NCBI GenBank assembly: GCA_937888805.1 | Contig: CALBEY010000109.1 | Coordinates: 8,749-72,748, forward strand | Reading direction: 5' to 3' | Length of the DNA stretch: 64,000 nt | Source: an uncultured Burkholderiaceae bacterium | GTDB lineage: Bacteria > Pseudomonadota > Gammaproteobacteria > Burkholderiales > Burkholderiaceae_B | In this document: piece after piece, positions 29,016 to 39,944 of the stretch | Layout: each line of letters starts with the position of its first letter | Position numbering within the stretch: position 1 is the stretch's first letter | Program-made: the position numbers and the translations under genes | Notes under the pieces: model-generated | Told to the model about the DNA's origin: nothing | The model's database searches: none | What the model saw: only the letters and a program-made list of their open reading frames with translations

Positions 29016-30218
29016 TTGTGGCCCAAGCGGTTGTTGGAGAGCCCTTTGTCGAGTAGACCGGTTCCCCTCGTACTAAAAGTTTGGAACGACCCCAAGTTTC
29101 GGGCCATCTTCTACCAGGTCGTGGCCGTGACGTTGGTGGGCGTTGGCCTTTGGTATTTGATATCAAACACATTACACAATTTGTCAGCGCGAAACATTGC
29201 CACGGGATTCGATTTTTTAGGACGTGAGGCAGGGTTTGCGATTGGCGAGTCGAGTCTTGCATACACGCCAGCTGACACCTATGCACGAGCCTTATCGGTT
29301 GGCCTATTGAACACGTTGCGCGTGGCTGTGATCGGCATCGTTTTCGCCACACTGCTGGGCACTCTAATCGGTATCGCCAGACTCTCAGGCAATTGGTTGA
29401 TTGCCAAGTTGGCTAGTATTTATGTCGAAGTGATGCGCAACATACCGTTGTTGTTGCAACTCTTTTTTTGGTATGCGTTGATCGCTGAGACGTTGCCAGG
29501 TCCCCGTCAAGCCTTGAGTCCGATAGCCGGTGTCTTTCTTTCAAACCGAGGTTTTAAAATCCCAACCGTTGAAGGTGATGGATTGACTTGGTTGGCGGCT
29601 GGATTCTTTATTTCGGTGGTGATTGTTTTGGTGCTGGCCAATTGGTCTCGGCGCCGCCAAGCGCAAACTGGCCAAATCTTTCCAGTTTTTAAGACAGCGG
29701 CGTTACTACTGATAGCCTGCCCGCTCGTGGCTTGGTGGCTATCCGGTTCGGCACTGGCGCTCGAGATACCAGCGCTCAAAGGCTTTAATTTTCAGGGGGG
29801 CTTGACTTTAAGTCCTGAATTCGCGGCTTTGTTGATCGGGCTTGTGATCTACACCGCGGCTTTTGTGGCTGAAGTCGTGCGCTCGGGCATCGAGTCAGTC
29901 GGCAAGGGCCAATGGGAAGCCGCGGGGGCGATCGGTTTGCGCCGAGGTTTGATCTTGCGTTTAATCGTATTGCCTCAGGCCCTGCGCGTCATTATTCCAC
30001 CCATGACCAGTCAGTATCTCAATATCACCAAGAACAGTTCGTTGGCTGTGGCTATCGGCTACCCCGATCTGGTCTCAGTGGTAAACACCACGCTCAATCA
30101 AACAGGCCAAGCCATTGAGGGCATTATGATCATTATGGGGGCTTATTTGACCGTTAGTCTAGCCATCTCGGTGATCATGAATTGGTACAACGCGCGCATG
30201 GCACTGGTGGAGCGTTGA
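29016..30218 (+). CDS. aapQ: Amino-acid ABC transporter permease (AapQ-like)
   Basis: GLLNTLRVA, RNIPLLLQL, AEVVRSGI, YLNITKNSSLAVAIGYPD. Confidence 0.88.
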   Translation: MWPKRLLESPLSSRPVPLVLKVWNDPKFRAIFYQVVAVTLVGVGLWYLISNTLHNLSARNIATGFDFLGREAGFAIGESSLAYTPADTYARALSVGLLNTLRVAVIGIVFATLLGTLIGIARLSGNWLIAKLASIYVEVMRNIPLLLQLFFWYALIAETLPGPRQALSPIAGVFLSNRGFKIPTVEGDGLTWLAAGFFISVVIVLVLANWSRRRQAQTGQIFPVFKTAALLLIACPLVAWWLSGSALALEIPALKGFNFQGGLTLSPEFAALLIGLVIYTAAFVAEVVRSGIESVGKGQWEAAGAIGLRRGLILRLIVLPQALRVIIPPMTSQYLNITKNSSLAVAIGYPDLVSVVNTTLNQTGQAIEGIMIIMGAYLTVSLAISVIMNWYNARMALVER

Positions 30219-30220
30219 GC

Positions 30221-31318
30221 ATGTCAGAGCCAACACCTGCACCAACAATTCATGCACCAGCCACTTCTAACCCCACGCCTTTGGTTTGGGTTAAAACGCA
30301 GCTGTTTTCCACGCCTGCGAATGCGTTACTGACGATTTTGTCAGTCTGGCTTTTGATCATGGCTGTGCCAGCTTTGTTGGACTGGGTGTTTTTGCAGGCT
30401 AAGTACAGTGCCCAATCGGGTCAAGAGTGTCGCGAAGTTGAGGGTGCCTGTTGGGCTTTCATCGCTGAAAAACATCGACTGATACTTTTTGGCACCTATC
30501 CCTATGAGCAGCAGTGGCGACCGCTGGTGTCGATTTTTCTGCTGGTCGCATTGGTGTTGCTAAGCGCTTGGCGCAAGCTTTGGAACATTTGGCTGTTTCC
30601 CATTTGGATCGTTGGCCTGAGCGTTGTGGCCCTCTTGATGTGGGGGGGCGTGTTGGGGCTGACTTATGTGGAAAACACGCTGTGGGGTGGTTTGCCGCTG
30701 ACGCTTATTTTGGCAACCTTTGGTGTGGCTTTGGCCTTTCCGCTCGGGGTGGTGTTGGCCTTGGGCCGACGCTCTGAGTTGCCCGCCATCAAAATAATCT
30801 GTGTGGTCTACATTGAATTAATCCGTGGCGTCCCCTTGATTAGTCTGCTCTTTATGTCTTCGGTCATGTTGCCGTTGTTTTTGCCTGAGGGCCTGACCAT
30901 CGACAAATTGTTGCGTGCGCTGATTGCGATTGTGTTGTTTGCCGCTGCCTACGTTGCTGAAACCGTCCGCGGTGGTTTACAAGCCATCTCAAAAGGACAG
31001 TACGAAGGCGCTGATTCTTTGGGCCTTTCTTATTGGCAGAAGACTCGCCTTATTATTTTGCCGCAAGCGTTAAAAATCGTGATTGCGCCCTTGGTCGGTA
31101 TTTTCATTTCGCTCTTCAAAGACACATCACTGGTCGTGATTATTGGTATTTTTGACTTGACGCTAGCGGCTAAGGCAGCACTCACAGACCCTGCGTGGCA
31201 AGGTTTCAGCATGGAAGTGTATGTTTTTATTGCCGCGATTTATTTCATCTTTTGTTACTCGATGTCCAAGTATAGTCAGGCGCTAGAAAAGCGTTTGGCA
31301 GTGGGTCAACAACACTAG
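30221..31318 (+). CDS. aapM: Amino-acid ABC transporter permease (AapM-like)
   Basis: [37 protein letters not shown]. Confidence 0.88.
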   Translation: MSEPTPAPTIHAPATSNPTPLVWVKTQLFSTPANALLTILSVWLLIMAVPALLDWVFLQAKYSAQSGQECREVEGACWAFIAEKHRLILFGTYPYEQQWRPLVSIFLLVALVLLSAWRKLWNIWLFPIWIVGLSVVALLMWGGVLGLTYVENTLWGGLPLTLILATFGVALAFPLGVVLALGRRSELPAIKIICVVYIELIRGVPLISLLFMSSVMLPLFLPEGLTIDKLLRALIAIVLFAAAYVAETVRGGLQAISKGQYEGADSLGLSYWQKTRLIILPQALKIVIAPLVGIFISLFKDTSLVVIIGIFDLTLAAKAALTDPAWQGFSMEVYVFIAAIYFIFCYSMSKYSQALEKRLAVGQQH

Positions 31319-31352
31319 CCAAGAGCGGCGCAGTGTTTTTTGGAGAGTTGGC

Positions 31353-32093
31353 ATGGCAGACGCATTGATTCAAATGCATCACGTCAATAAGTGGTACGAC
31401 AAATTCCACGTGTTGCGCGACATCAATCTTGAAGTGGCCGCGGGTGAAAGGATCGTGATTTGTGGTCCGTCGGGTTCGGGCAAGTCCACTTTGATCCGCT
31501 GCTTGAATCGGCTCGAGGAGCACCAGCAAGGCGATATCATCATTGATGGCATGGCCTTAACGGGTGACATCAAAGGCGTTGAAGCCATACGGCGCGAAGT
31601 CGGCATGGTGTTTCAGCACTTTAATTTGTTTCCGCATTTGACGGTTCTGGAAAACCTCACATTGGGCCCCATCTGGGTGCTCAAAACACCTAAGGCACAG
31701 GCTGAACAAGAGGCGATGATTTACCTGGAGCGTGTGAAGATTCCTGAGCAGGCGAATAAATTTCCTGGCCAGCTTTCGGGTGGCCAACAGCAACGGGTAG
31801 CGATTGCGCGCTCCTTGTGTATGAACCCCAAAATCATGTTGTTTGATGAACCAACGTCTGCACTGGATCCCGAGATGGTCAAAGAAGTCCTTGACGTGAT
31901 GGTGGGGTTGGCTGAGCAAGGTGGTATGACCATGCTGGTTGTGACGCACGAAATGGGTTTTGCGCGCAAAGTCGCGAACCGGGTTATTTTTATGGATCAG
32001 GGCGAGATCATCGAAGAAAACGATCCCGGGTCTTTCTTTGATAATCCGCAGTCAGAGCGCACCAAGCTTTTTTTGAGTCAGATTTTGCACTGA
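31353..32093 (+). CDS. aapP: Amino-acid ABC transporter ATP-binding protein (AapP-like)
   Basis: [29 protein letters not shown]. Confidence 0.9.
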   Translation: MADALIQMHHVNKWYDKFHVLRDINLEVAAGERIVICGPSGSGKSTLIRCLNRLEEHQQGDIIIDGMALTGDIKGVEAIRREVGMVFQHFNLFPHLTVLENLTLGPIWVLKTPKAQAEQEAMIYLERVKIPEQANKFPGQLSGGQQQRVAIARSLCMNPKIMLFDEPTSALDPEMVKEVLDVMVGLAEQGGMTMLVVTHEMGFARKVANRVIFMDQGEIIEENDPGSFFDNPQSERTKLFLSQILH

Positions 32094-32136
32094 TTCGGGG
32101 TTTCGTTGACCCCCATAATCAGCCTGCGAATGGCAC

Positions 32137-33591
32137 CTATGGGGTTTGGTTTTGTAGGGATTCGCCAGCTGTTGGTGCCAAGCGCCGAAATGAGAGTGCT
32201 GACAAGGCGCAAAATAGACCGATCGTGACAAAACCGGCCATAAGGTCAACTGACGTCAGTGCGTTGGCCCCTCGAACTTTCATGCTGATGTTAATTGCAC
32301 TCGCCGCGATCCCTACGCCCAAACTAATGCTCAGCTGCTGAGCCATGGCACTAAAGCCACTGGCGCTGCTCATCCGGTCTGCGGGAATATCGGCAAAGCC
32401 AAGGGTGTTGACGGCAGTGAACTGTAAAGACCTAAAAAAGCCACCAATCAAAAGCACCCCGATCATGATAGCTACTGGGGTTTGCTCACTGAAAGTGGCG
32501 CATGCCGCCAGAGCCGCTCCGGTTAATACGGCATTACTCATGAGCACACGTCGGTAGCCCCAGCGTTGCAAGATGGGTCGGGCAGTGAATTTCATTAACA
32601 AAGCACCAGCTGCGCTCGCAAAGGTAATCAAGCCGGCCGATAGTGGCGTCATGCCAAAGCCGATTTGCAAAAGAATGGCCAGTAAAAAAGGCGTCGCGCC
32701 GATGGCAAAGCGGCACAAGTTACCGCCAATGACTGACTCCCGAAAAGATGAAATACGCAAAAGTTCAAGGTCGATGATGGGGTTGGCGCAACGTGCGCTA
32801 TGCCACTTGTAAAGCCAACCAGAGCCCAAACCGATCATCAAAAGGCCAGCCACCCAATCCAACCCCAAGCGGCCTTGGCCCAGCATCTCGAATGTTGCTA
32901 CCAGCGTGGCCAAGCAAATGGCACTGAGAAAGAAGCCAATGGCGTCAAGTGGGCGTCGGGTGATTTGATTGCTGCTTGCTGGCACGTAACGCATGGTCAT
33001 GTAGATGCCGATTAACCCGATTGGCAGGTTCATTAAGAAGATCCAATGCCAAGAGGCAAAGGTCACTAAAAATCCACCCACCGGTGGGCCCAGCATCGGG
33101 CCAAGCAAGGCTGGCATGGATAAAAAAGCAACGGCGCGCAGCAACTCTTGCTTGGGTGTGGTTCTGAGCAAAATCAGACGCCCGACAGGCACCATCATGG
33201 CTCCACCGATGCCTTGCACCACCCGCCATGCCACCAAATCGTTCATTGAACTCGCTAGCGCACAACCGGCTGAGCTCGCAGTAAAGACAACGATGGCAGC
33301 CAAAAAAACACGCCTTGCGCCCCATCGGTCTGCGGCCCAACCGGAAATGGGCACAAAGACTGCCGCGGCCAAGAGGTACGCGGTAATGGCCAAATTAAGT
33401 TGAACCACGGGCACATCAAATGACAAGGCCATGGCTGGCAATGCGATAGCCAGAACGGTAGCATCTAGCATCTGCATGAAAAGCGCGCAGCCCAAAATGA
33501 AGGGCACCATCAGACCTTTAAAGCGTCGGCGAACGCGTTCTTTTGCGAGTAAAAAAGCGTTTAGGCGCTGCTGCCCCATGCAAATGGCCAC
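32137..33591 (-). CDS. MFS transporter, DHA2 (EmrB/QacA-like) family
   Basis: FMQMLDATV, GWAADRWGARRV motif A, LGPMLGPPVGG, WIFLMNLPIG; start uncertain (about 33510-33591). Confidence 0.9.
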   Translation of the reverse strand: MAICMGQQRLNAFLLAKERVRRRFKGLMVPFILGCALFMQMLDATVLAIALPAMALSFDVPVVQLNLAITAYLLAAAVFVPISGWAADRWGARRVFLAAIVVFTASSAGCALASSMNDLVAWRVVQGIGGAMMVPVGRLILLRTTPKQELLRAVAFLSMPALLGPMLGPPVGGFLVTFASWHWIFLMNLPIGLIGIYMTMRYVPASSNQITRRPLDAIGFFLSAICLATLVATFEMLGQGRLGLDWVAGLLMIGLGSGWLYKWHSARCANPIIDLELLRISSFRESVIGGNLCRFAIGATPFLLAILLQIGFGMTPLSAGLITFASAAGALLMKFTARPILQRWGYRRVLMSNAVLTGAALAACATFSEQTPVAIMIGVLLIGGFFRSLQFTAVNTLGFADIPADRMSSASGFSAMAQQLSISLGVGIAASAINISMKVRGANALTSVDLMAGFVTIGLFCALSALSFRRLAPTAGESLQNQTP

Positions 33592-33662
33592 CGCTACAGT
33601 AGAATTGAAGGCTTGAGTCTAATACTTTTACCGGCTTTATTGCCTTATCCATGGGTCTTGCC

Positions 33663-33851
33663 ATGTCCAAGAACTACGAATCTGAATTTACCCAGTTTTT
33701 AAAAAGTTACAAGAAAGCGCATCCTGACGTTGAAAAGCGCCAGAGAGAGGGGCGTGCTCGTTTGTGGGATAAAACCCAAGATCCCGAGTTAATTGACGGT
33801 TTCAAACAAGCACGAGTGGCTCAAAAGCCCTACGTCTATCAAAACGATTAG
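33663..33851 (+). CDS. DUF3460 family small protein
   Basis: YESEFTQFL...HPDVEKRQREGRARLWDK...QKPYVYQ; immediately upstream of scpA. Confidence 0.8.
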   Translation: MSKNYESEFTQFLKSYKKAHPDVEKRQREGRARLWDKTQDPELIDGFKQARVAQKPYVYQND

Positions 33852-34742
33852 GTGGCCGTGATCACTTCTAGCGGGTCGACTGACGATCCGAACGCTTCCT
33901 TGCAGGCTCTGGTGCAGCCTACAGTCGATTCCACGCCAAACGTGGTCGATGCGGTGGCGCTCGCGCGGCTTTACGGCGAACCTTTGTTCGCCATGCCGCA
34001 AGACCTCTACATCCCACCGGATGCACTCGAAGTTTTTCTTGAGACATTTGAGGGGCCACTAGACCTCTTGCTGTACCTCATTCGCAAACAAAACTTCAAT
34101 GTCCTCGATATCCCAATGGCTGAGGTAACCCGACAGTACCTGTCGTATGTCGAGCAGATTCGAGGTACCAATTTGGAGCTCGCAGCGGAGTATCTGCTGA
34201 TGGCCGCGATGCTCATTGAAATCAAAGCGCGCATGCTGTTACCCATCAAGCCACGTGGTGATGGTCAAGAGCCTGAAGATCCAAGGGCTGAGTTGGTGCG
34301 TCGCTTACTCGAATACGAGCAGATGAAGTTGGCTTCGCAAAAGCTTGATCAACTGCCCCGGCTAGGTCGCGATTTTTACAACGCGCAAGCCATCGCGGAC
34401 TTTGAAGTTGAGCAAGTGTTGCCGAGCGTACAGCTCGATGACTTGAAATCGGCTTGGGCTGATATCTTGCGCCGTGCCAATTTGAATGCGCATCATCACA
34501 TCACTCGTGAGCAGTTGTCGGTGCGCGAGCACATGACGCACATTCTGCGACAACTAAACAATGTCCGGTTCGTTGAGTTTGGTGAGTTGTTCATGGCGCG
34601 AATTAATGAAGGTGCGTCTGTTGCTGTGGTGGTGGTGTACTTTTTGGCGCTGCTGGAGTTGGCCCGTGAATCATTGCTCGATATCACCCAAGCCGAACCT
34701 TATGCGCCCATCTACGTGCGTTTGTCTTATGCCAGTGCCTAG
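33852..34742 (+). CDS. scpA: Segregation and condensation protein A
   Basis: LETFEGPLDLLLYLI, AAEYLLMAAMLIEIKARMLLP, FLALLEL. Confidence 0.93.
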   Translation: MAVITSSGSTDDPNASLQALVQPTVDSTPNVVDAVALARLYGEPLFAMPQDLYIPPDALEVFLETFEGPLDLLLYLIRKQNFNVLDIPMAEVTRQYLSYVEQIRGTNLELAAEYLLMAAMLIEIKARMLLPIKPRGDGQEPEDPRAELVRRLLEYEQMKLASQKLDQLPRLGRDFYNAQAIADFEVEQVLPSVQLDDLKSAWADILRRANLNAHHHITREQLSVREHMTHILRQLNNVRFVEFGELFMARINEGASVAVVVVYFLALLELARESLLDITQAEPYAPIYVRLSYASA

Positions 34743-34748
34743 GTCTAA

Positions 34749-35624
<876 letters not shown>

Positions 35625-35750
35625 ACCGTTTAAGGCGGGCCCCATTCGGCTTGTACGCAAGGGAAACCCCGCCCTATTAGATCTGTCAGCTTGGCGCATC
35701 AAATAAGCTCTGCCAGACTTTCGTTTCTGAAAGTTTGAGGCAGAAATTCA

Positions 35751-36056
35751 ATGGAAAGTGAGTCCTTAAAAGCCAGTAGTCCTGTCTGGCCAGATTTAAC
35801 GACGCGAGAGCGACAAATCCTTTATCCGGTTATTGAAGGCAAGCCAAATAAGGTCATTGCTTGCGAGCTGGGTATTTCGATGCGAACCGTCGAGTCGCAC
35901 CGCGCAAGCTTGTTTCAAAAGATGGGCGTGAAAAACGCCGTTCAACTGGCATTCACCCTTTTTTCTCAACATGGTCAAGCCGACCTTGACACCAATATCA
36001 GCACCCAAAGGCCCGGTCAGGCCGCGCACCTTACCGATGTCGATGGTAACGACTAG
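35751..36056 (+). CDS. Stand-alone LuxR/FixJ-type HTH protein (no receiver domain)
   Basis: LTTRERQIL...GKPNKVIACELGISMRTVESHRASLFQKMGVKN. Confidence 0.85.
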   Translation: MESESLKASSPVWPDLTTRERQILYPVIEGKPNKVIACELGISMRTVESHRASLFQKMGVKNAVQLAFTLFSQHGQADLDTNISTQRPGQAAHLTDVDGND

Positions 36057-36727
36057 CGGCAGACCGGTGCGCTGACGCTGTCTAGTTCTGAAATTGGATC
36101 AAGGTCAGGTTGACGATTTAGGGTGTAGGTCAGGTTTGGGCTATTGCCATCAATGGTGACAATCTGCAGCACATTGTTGGCTGTCATACGCAATTCGGTT
36201 CGCACGTTTTTTTGTGAGTCTAATAAAAGCAGGCTTGGTGGTTTGCTTAGAGTGCTGCGCCAGCAGCCCTGTGCCACGGATGGCTTACCGCTCAGTTGCT
36301 GCTGCTTGTCTAAATAGGTGAGTCGTGAGCGCCAACGGCCATTGGGCGCGAGCGTGACCACCACGCGCTGAGTCGCGCAATTCATCCCCGCCCCAAAACA
36401 AGGTAAGTGACCCAAGAAGGTTTCGGGTTTTGTGATGAGGCTAGGAGGTGCTTGGTCGGCGGCCACATCGCTTTCGATCGTAGCTTGGCCTGCTGGCGTT
36501 AATTGATCGCCGCCGGTTCGCCAACCCACTTGGACTTGCGATGGCGCCACCACAACCTGTCTCATACCGGCGCCTTCAGCATTCATGATGGCATCTTGCG
36601 TTGAGCTTGGTTTGGGTGGGTCGTAATAACCGGGCGCCATCGTATTGACGCAACCGGTTACTAAGGTGCTCACAAAAACAAGAGCAGTGATTCGGTGAGC
36701 GGCGTTGGAATCGGAAAACAGAAACAT
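36053..36727 (-). CDS. Lipoprotein with an NlpE N-terminal (copper resistance)-like domain
   Basis: Lipobox LVTGC; TFLGHLPC...C...VTLAPNGRW...TYL NlpE-like pattern. Confidence 0.7.
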   Translation of the reverse strand: MFLFSDSNAAHRITALVFVSTLVTGCVNTMAPGYYDPPKPSSTQDAIMNAEGAGMRQVVVAPSQVQVGWRTGGDQLTPAGQATIESDVAADQAPPSLITKPETFLGHLPCFGAGMNCATQRVVVTLAPNGRWRSRLTYLDKQQQLSGKPSVAQGCWRSTLSKPPSLLLLDSQKNVRTELRMTANNVLQIVTIDGNSPNLTYTLNRQPDLDPISELDSVSAPVCR

Positions 36728-36824
36728 GGGTATTTACCAAACGGTGAGAACGGTTTTAGATGATCCCATTCTACGCATTTTTAACGTTTTTGCCCTCACT
36801 GCAACATGAAAGCGGGCGTTTAAT

Positions 36825-37514
36825 TTGCGTGATTCAGGATCATTCGGTGTGATGCTAGCGGTCACTATTTCCCTCGCGTTTCTCGCTCAATGGGGTGCTC
36901 AGCGCCTGACTGTGCGAATTCGAGCAGAGCTCGCCGCTGAGCAATCGAGTGGTTATTTGATTGCACTGCCAGTGCTTTGGCTACAGCGCCTTTTTGTGCT
37001 TTGGTTGTTAATAAACGCCCTGTGGTTGGTCAAAGGCACCGCGTTTTCCCTATCGCAATGCCTAGCGACCGTGTTAATGCTGGCGGTGCTGGGCATGTTG
37101 GCGTTGGTTGATGCCGAGACGGGTATCTTGCCCAACGAACTGGTGTTGCTGTTGATGTTACTGGCTTGGGGCTATTCATGGTTCATAAAGGGTGACGATC
37201 TACCCGCGCTGGATCGCTTGTGGGGCATGTCTTTAGGCTATGCGTTGCCGATGCTTTTTAACGCAGCTTATCGATGGGCCAGGGCGCGAGAAGCGCTGGG
37301 CCAAGGCGATGCAAAGTTACTCGCGGCGATCGGCCTTTGGGTCGGTCTGACTGCTTTGGCCGATGTGTGGATCATCGCCAGTGCCTTATTGCTTGTCTAT
37401 ACTGTTGGTTTAACTTTTGCCAATCGGTCAACAATGCGTTTAAACAAGGGTATACCGTTTGGCCCGTTTCTGGTGTTGGCGACTAACGCCCTCGTCATTT
37501 GTGAGTCTTTTTAA
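36825..37514 (+). CDS. A24 family prepilin peptidase (short form)
   Basis: Catalytic ALVD and GQGDAKL, C-terminal IPFGPFL; no CxxC zinc motifs; sits upstream of coaE. Confidence 0.85.
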   Translation: MRDSGSFGVMLAVTISLAFLAQWGAQRLTVRIRAELAAEQSSGYLIALPVLWLQRLFVLWLLINALWLVKGTAFSLSQCLATVLMLAVLGMLALVDAETGILPNELVLLLMLLAWGYSWFIKGDDLPALDRLWGMSLGYALPMLFNAAYRWARAREALGQGDAKLLAAIGLWVGLTALADVWIIASALLLVYTVGLTFANRSTMRLNKGIPFGPFLVLATNALVICESF

Positions 37515-37516
37515 GC

Positions 37517-38119
37517 ATGCTGAAAATCGGACTGACTGGCGGTATTGGATCTGGAAAGAGTTACGTTGCCGACATATTGGGTCAGGCCGGTGCGGCCATT
37601 ATTGACACGGATGCGATCGCACACGCCCTAACGGCCCCAGGTGGGGCGGCGATTGCGGCTATTGAAGGGTCGTTCGGCGCTTCTTTTATTACCAATGAGG
37701 GCGCACTGGACCGAGCGCGTATGCGAACGCACGTTTTTGGTGATGAGGCCGCGCGTGAGCAACTGCAAGCGATTCTGCACCCCCTGATTGGCGATGAAAC
37801 AAGACGCCAAGCTGGCTTGGCGGTGGGCCACTACACCGTTTTTGTGGTGCCTTTATTGGTCGAATCAGGTCGCTGGTTAAATCAAGTCGATCGGATTTGT
37901 GTGGTCGATTGTGACCGAAACACGCAAATTTCTCGGGTGCAAGCACGCAATGGTCTGAGTCAGGCGCAAGTTCAACAAATCATAGATGCACAAGTCAGTC
38001 GGGAGAAACGGCTTGCGCAAGCCCACGATGTGATTCTGAATGACAGCTCGGTTTCCCACGAATATCTCAAGCAACAAGTATTGGGTTTGCATCAGCAGTG
38101 GTGTAATCTAGCATCATGA
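37517..38119 (+). CDS. coaE: Dephospho-CoA kinase
   Basis: IGLTGGIGSGKS, IIDTDAIAH, LDRARMR, VPLLVE. Confidence 0.96.
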   Translation: MLKIGLTGGIGSGKSYVADILGQAGAAIIDTDAIAHALTAPGGAAIAAIEGSFGASFITNEGALDRARMRTHVFGDEAAREQLQAILHPLIGDETRRQAGLAVGHYTVFVVPLLVESGRWLNQVDRICVVDCDRNTQISRVQARNGLSQAQVQQIIDAQVSREKRLAQAHDVILNDSSVSHEYLKQQVLGLHQQWCNLAS

Positions 38120-38147
38120 GAATGCGCCAGACCCACCGAGTGTCAAC

Positions 38148-38900
38148 ATGATGCGCTTTGAGTACCCCTTTAACGAGCGGGTCAGGGCTTGGATGCGTCT
38201 GGAATATCTCCTTGATCGTTTGTTATTTTTTTCCGCACCTGGTGATCCAAGGATGCACCAGGTAGCGGTCAGTACGCTCTTTGATGTGTTGGATGTCACT
38301 GAGCGCACCGATGTTAAGGGCGGTGTCCTGCTGGACTTAGACCGTCAGCGCGTGACTTTGTCAGCGTTACAAGATCACCCCGGTGTTGATGCAAAGGCCT
38401 TAAAAGTGGTGATTGACGAGATCGATCAAACCCAAGCCAGCATGTCTGGGCAAGGTAGAACGGGTCAGGCCTTGCGAGAAAACGACTGGTTGACCAGTTT
38501 GCGCGGTCGTTTGGCTGTACCAGGTGGTGGTACACAGGTGGACATGCCCTCGTTTCATGCTTGGCAGTGCCGTGATGAAGCGCGCCGGTGCCAGGATTTG
38601 CAGCAATGGATTGCGCCTTTGATGCCGCTACACCAAGGCATAGGCTTGGTCTTGCGGCTGCTACGCAGCGCAGGCGAAACTGAAGATGTGATGGCGGTCA
38701 ATGGTGCTTTTCAAAAAATGCTCGGTGGCAAGTCTTACCAGCTTTTGCGCGTGTGGTTGGATCCACAATGGGGTGTGTTTCCCGAGATGAGTGCCAACAA
38801 ATACATGGTTTGGGTTCGCTTCTCGGAACAAGATGGTGAAATCAAACCGCAACCAGCCAACAAAGACGTGCCGTTTCGCTACTCGCTCTGTTCTCTGTGA
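38148..38900 (+). CDS. zapD: Cell division protein ZapD
   Basis: FEYPFNERVRAWMRLEYL, PEMSANKYMVWVRF; follows coaE. Confidence 0.93.
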   Translation: MMRFEYPFNERVRAWMRLEYLLDRLLFFSAPGDPRMHQVAVSTLFDVLDVTERTDVKGGVLLDLDRQRVTLSALQDHPGVDAKALKVVIDEIDQTQASMSGQGRTGQALRENDWLTSLRGRLAVPGGGTQVDMPSFHAWQCRDEARRCQDLQQWIAPLMPLHQGIGLVLRLLRSAGETEDVMAVNGAFQKMLGGKSYQLLRVWLDPQWGVFPEMSANKYMVWVRFSEQDGEIKPQPANKDVPFRYSLCSL

Positions 38901-38930
38901 TGCCATGATCAAGCGCCTTTTGCGGCGATG

Positions 38931-39944
38931 TCATTGCCCCCAATCTAACAATCCACGAATGCCCGCCACGCCGTGGGCGCCATGCTTTTGCGCTATGTTG
39001 AGTGTGGTTGGCGTTTGCCCGCCAAGCGCATAAACGGGCAGGCCAGCGCGCTGGTTTAGTGATTCAAACTCAGCCCAACCCAGGGCTGGTTCGCCTGGGT
39101 GAGATTCGGTCGACAGCACGGGCCCTAGAACCGCAAAATCAGCTTGTAATGCCCTCGCCAGCTCGAGCTCGGCAGCATTGTGGGTGGATACTGCCAGTAG
39201 CTTGTCTTTTAGCGTCTCGGGACGCACGCCCAATGCGTGGGCGTCTTGAGTGCGCAAATGGACCCCGTCGGCCATCAACCACCAGTCTTGCGGATGGATG
39301 CTATTAACCAGTAGTTTGGCGCCGTGGGCGTGACAACGCTGCAAAACGGACTCAAAGGCGCTTTGTAGTGCCTGTTTGTCACCGCTGGCTTGCCAAGCCG
39401 GTTCGCGCCATTGCATCAGACGCAATCCACCATGCAGGGCTTTTTCAAGTCGCGTCAGAAAACTGGGCCATGTCTTAGCACTGTCAACCCCAGAAATTAA
39501 ATAACGGTCGGGTAGCTGCAACCAACGTAAGGGAGGATAGGTGGCTGGCAAGAGGTCGGGTAAAGCCAGCGCCTCAATGGGTGTCACCCATTTGAGCTGT
39601 TGAGACTCTAAAGACTTCGGATGGCCATCCCATCGGGTCACGCGACAAAAATGAAGCCGCACAGTAGAGCTTGGGTAGTGATGAACATAGGTCACCCAGG
39701 GCGTTGCTTCAGTGGGTATTAAACCCAGCTCTTCTTGCAATTCTCGCGAAAGGGCCTCAAGCACCGTTTCATCGGGCTCCAGTTTGCCCCCAGGCAGCTC
39801 CCACCACCCTGCCCAAGGCTTGCCTTCAGGTCGATCACCCAAAAGAACCGTGCCATCGGCGCGCAGGATGACGCCAACGGCGACATCAATGATGGGGCGA
39901 TCACTCGGTTCGTTTGAGACGCTAGCGAGGCTTTCAGTCGGCAT
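38931..39944 (-). CDS. Nudix hydrolase (MutT-like) fused to a thiamine-phosphate-synthase (TMP-TENI)-like domain
   Basis: Intact Nudix box GGKLEPDETVLEALSRELQEELGL; C-terminal DGVHL, STHNAAE, LGPV...SHP, VYALGG. Confidence 0.9.
   Translation of the reverse strand: MPTESLASVSNEPSDRPIIDVAVGVILRADGTVLLGDRPEGKPWAGWWELPGGKLEPDETVLEALSRELQEELGLIPTEATPWVTYVHHYPSSTVRLHFCRVTRWDGHPKSLESQQLKWVTPIEALALPDLLPATYPPLRWLQLPDRYLISGVDSAKTWPSFLTRLEKALHGGLRLMQWREPAWQASGDKQALQSAFESVLQRCHAHGAKLLVNSIHPQDWWLMADGVHLRTQDAHALGVRPETLKDKLLAVSTHNAAELELARALQADFAVLGPVLSTESHPGEPALGWAEFESLNQRAGLPVYALGGQTPTTLNIAQKHGAHGVAGIRGLLDWGQ

Noticed and set aside
38905-39033. Short Cys-rich ORF after zapD (CHCPQS...PWAPCFC) loosely like YacG
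   Set aside because: It lacks the CxxC and FCSxRC zinc ligands, and most of it is the antisense of the conserved Nudix-TENI C-terminus (GAHGVAGIRG).
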